A stretch of DNA of 64,000 nucleotides from Paraphysomonas bandaiensis (lineage: Eukaryota > Protista > Chrysophyceae): assembly GCA_965644295.1 (NCBI GenBank), contig CBFFRP010000019.1, forward strand, positions 124,001 through 188,000, given 5' to 3'. Made by a program: the position numbers and the translations under genes. The notes beneath the pieces are model-generated. The model searched no databases. It had not been told where the DNA came from and saw only the letters and a list, made by a program, of their open reading frames with translations. This document shows, one piece after another, positions 63,041 through 64,000 of the stretch (position 1 is the stretch's first letter; each line of letters begins with the position of its first letter).

Positions 63041-64000
63041 ATATTTTCTCTCGCATCTTCTCACCGCTGGCGACAGGAGCATTAGGATCTGTGTCTCTGG
63101 TGCTGTTACGATCAAGATTAACATATTGACGATTATAATGTCATTTTTCGACCATGTTGATGGTTATTAATATCACATATCACTACACCACACAACTCAA
63201 ATCATACAGTTGAATTATCAAAAACTTGTAAAAATCTCACTGCATTGCTTCTCACTGAATCGCGGCATCTGCACTCTGAACCTCTATCTGTATTTATTTA
63301 TGTGGTGGTATACCGGCTTAAATAGAGAGCTATTACTATTCCAATCTAGCTACTTAGTATGTTTTTGCTATGTAGAAAATATAAAATGATGAAATGATTA
63401 AATAGTAGTAAGCAGAGTAACACATAGCCAACTTAACTTTAATGCAAACTTAACTTACATTTTAAGTGCGTGTAATAGTGATTAGAGTGTTAACTGTTCT
63501 TGTTAGTGGACAAGGAACATTAGATCATCAGGAGTAGTGTCCACTAGTAGTTTCGACACGTTAATCATAGACTACAAGTTACTCTATACATGTGTCCATA
63601 CCAACTAAATACAGAAGGTATATCCAATGTTCTTTCTAATAACTCAGTAATGCATACATTATTTTAAGTTTTCTATGAAATTTCCTTCTTGTAGATAGTT
63701 TCAAATTAGAAATCACAGTCAGTAGGACTAGTGAACACTATTCATCAGTATGATTGTATATTGACTTGTCCTAACTACTAGGTTTCGACATTGATCATAG
63801 ACTCGAGCAGTCATCTACATACATAATATGTATGTCCAGATATATCTCATAATATTCACTCTGACTAAAATTTCTAAAATAATGACTAGCTACTTGAAAT
63901 GAATTTAGATGAATAGCAAACTAGCTACTTAACGGCTAACTAAAACCAACGGCTACTTGTATAACCTAACGGTTACATTTTGAAATTAGCTAGACTAAAT

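Noticed and set aside
1-64000. Fanzor/TnpB, viral or prokaryotic operon-like systems, tRNA/rRNA genes
   Set aside because: No RuvC-like, capsid or structural RNA signature recognised; nearly all long ORFs are explained by spliced eukaryotic genes.

Overview
Gene-dense eukaryotic DNA with short GT-AG introns (mostly 40-55 nt) and many head-to-head gene pairs. The gene content and the stramenopile-type Tudor repeats suggest a flagellated stramenopile, possibly a chrysophyte/ochrophyte (inference only). About 18 protein-coding genes were read by eye: UTP20 (5' part), a STRA6-like membrane protein, an alpha/beta hydrolase-like protein, a stand-alone PPDK N-terminal domain, a hypothetical membrane protein, a TPR-IQ-LRR protein, MAK/ICK kinase, COA5/PET191, very-long-chain 3-ketoacyl-CoA reductase, a HET-like/(RanBP2 finger-Tudor)x3 protein, an ACT-domain STY-type kinase, a ciliary EF-hand/PGY-repeat protein, a SLOG-SLATT-SLATT membrane protein, RNase Z-like MBL hydrolase, a PPP phosphatase, myosin, PI4-kinase alpha and MsrB, plus one small hypothetical ORF. 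Mobile DNA includes two hAT-family insertions with intact TIRs and 8-bp TSDs, an older hAT remnant, a Ty1/copia RT fragment folded back into a long inverted repeat, and several degenerate repeats. Top observations: (1) MsrB has an in-frame TGA at the catalytic Cys position (selenocysteine), followed by two tandem SECIS-like hairpins with an atypical apex; (2) an intron-containing SLOG/LSDAT plus double SLATT gene resembles bacterial nucleotide-gated effector channels; (3) a HET/TIR-like domain is fused to alternating zinc finger-Tudor repeats; (4) a STRA6-like receptor keeps the calmodulin-binding tail; (5) a degenerate PPDK ATP-grasp domain stands alone; (6) the copia fragment could form a silencing hairpin. 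All homology calls come from recalled motifs, not from database searches.
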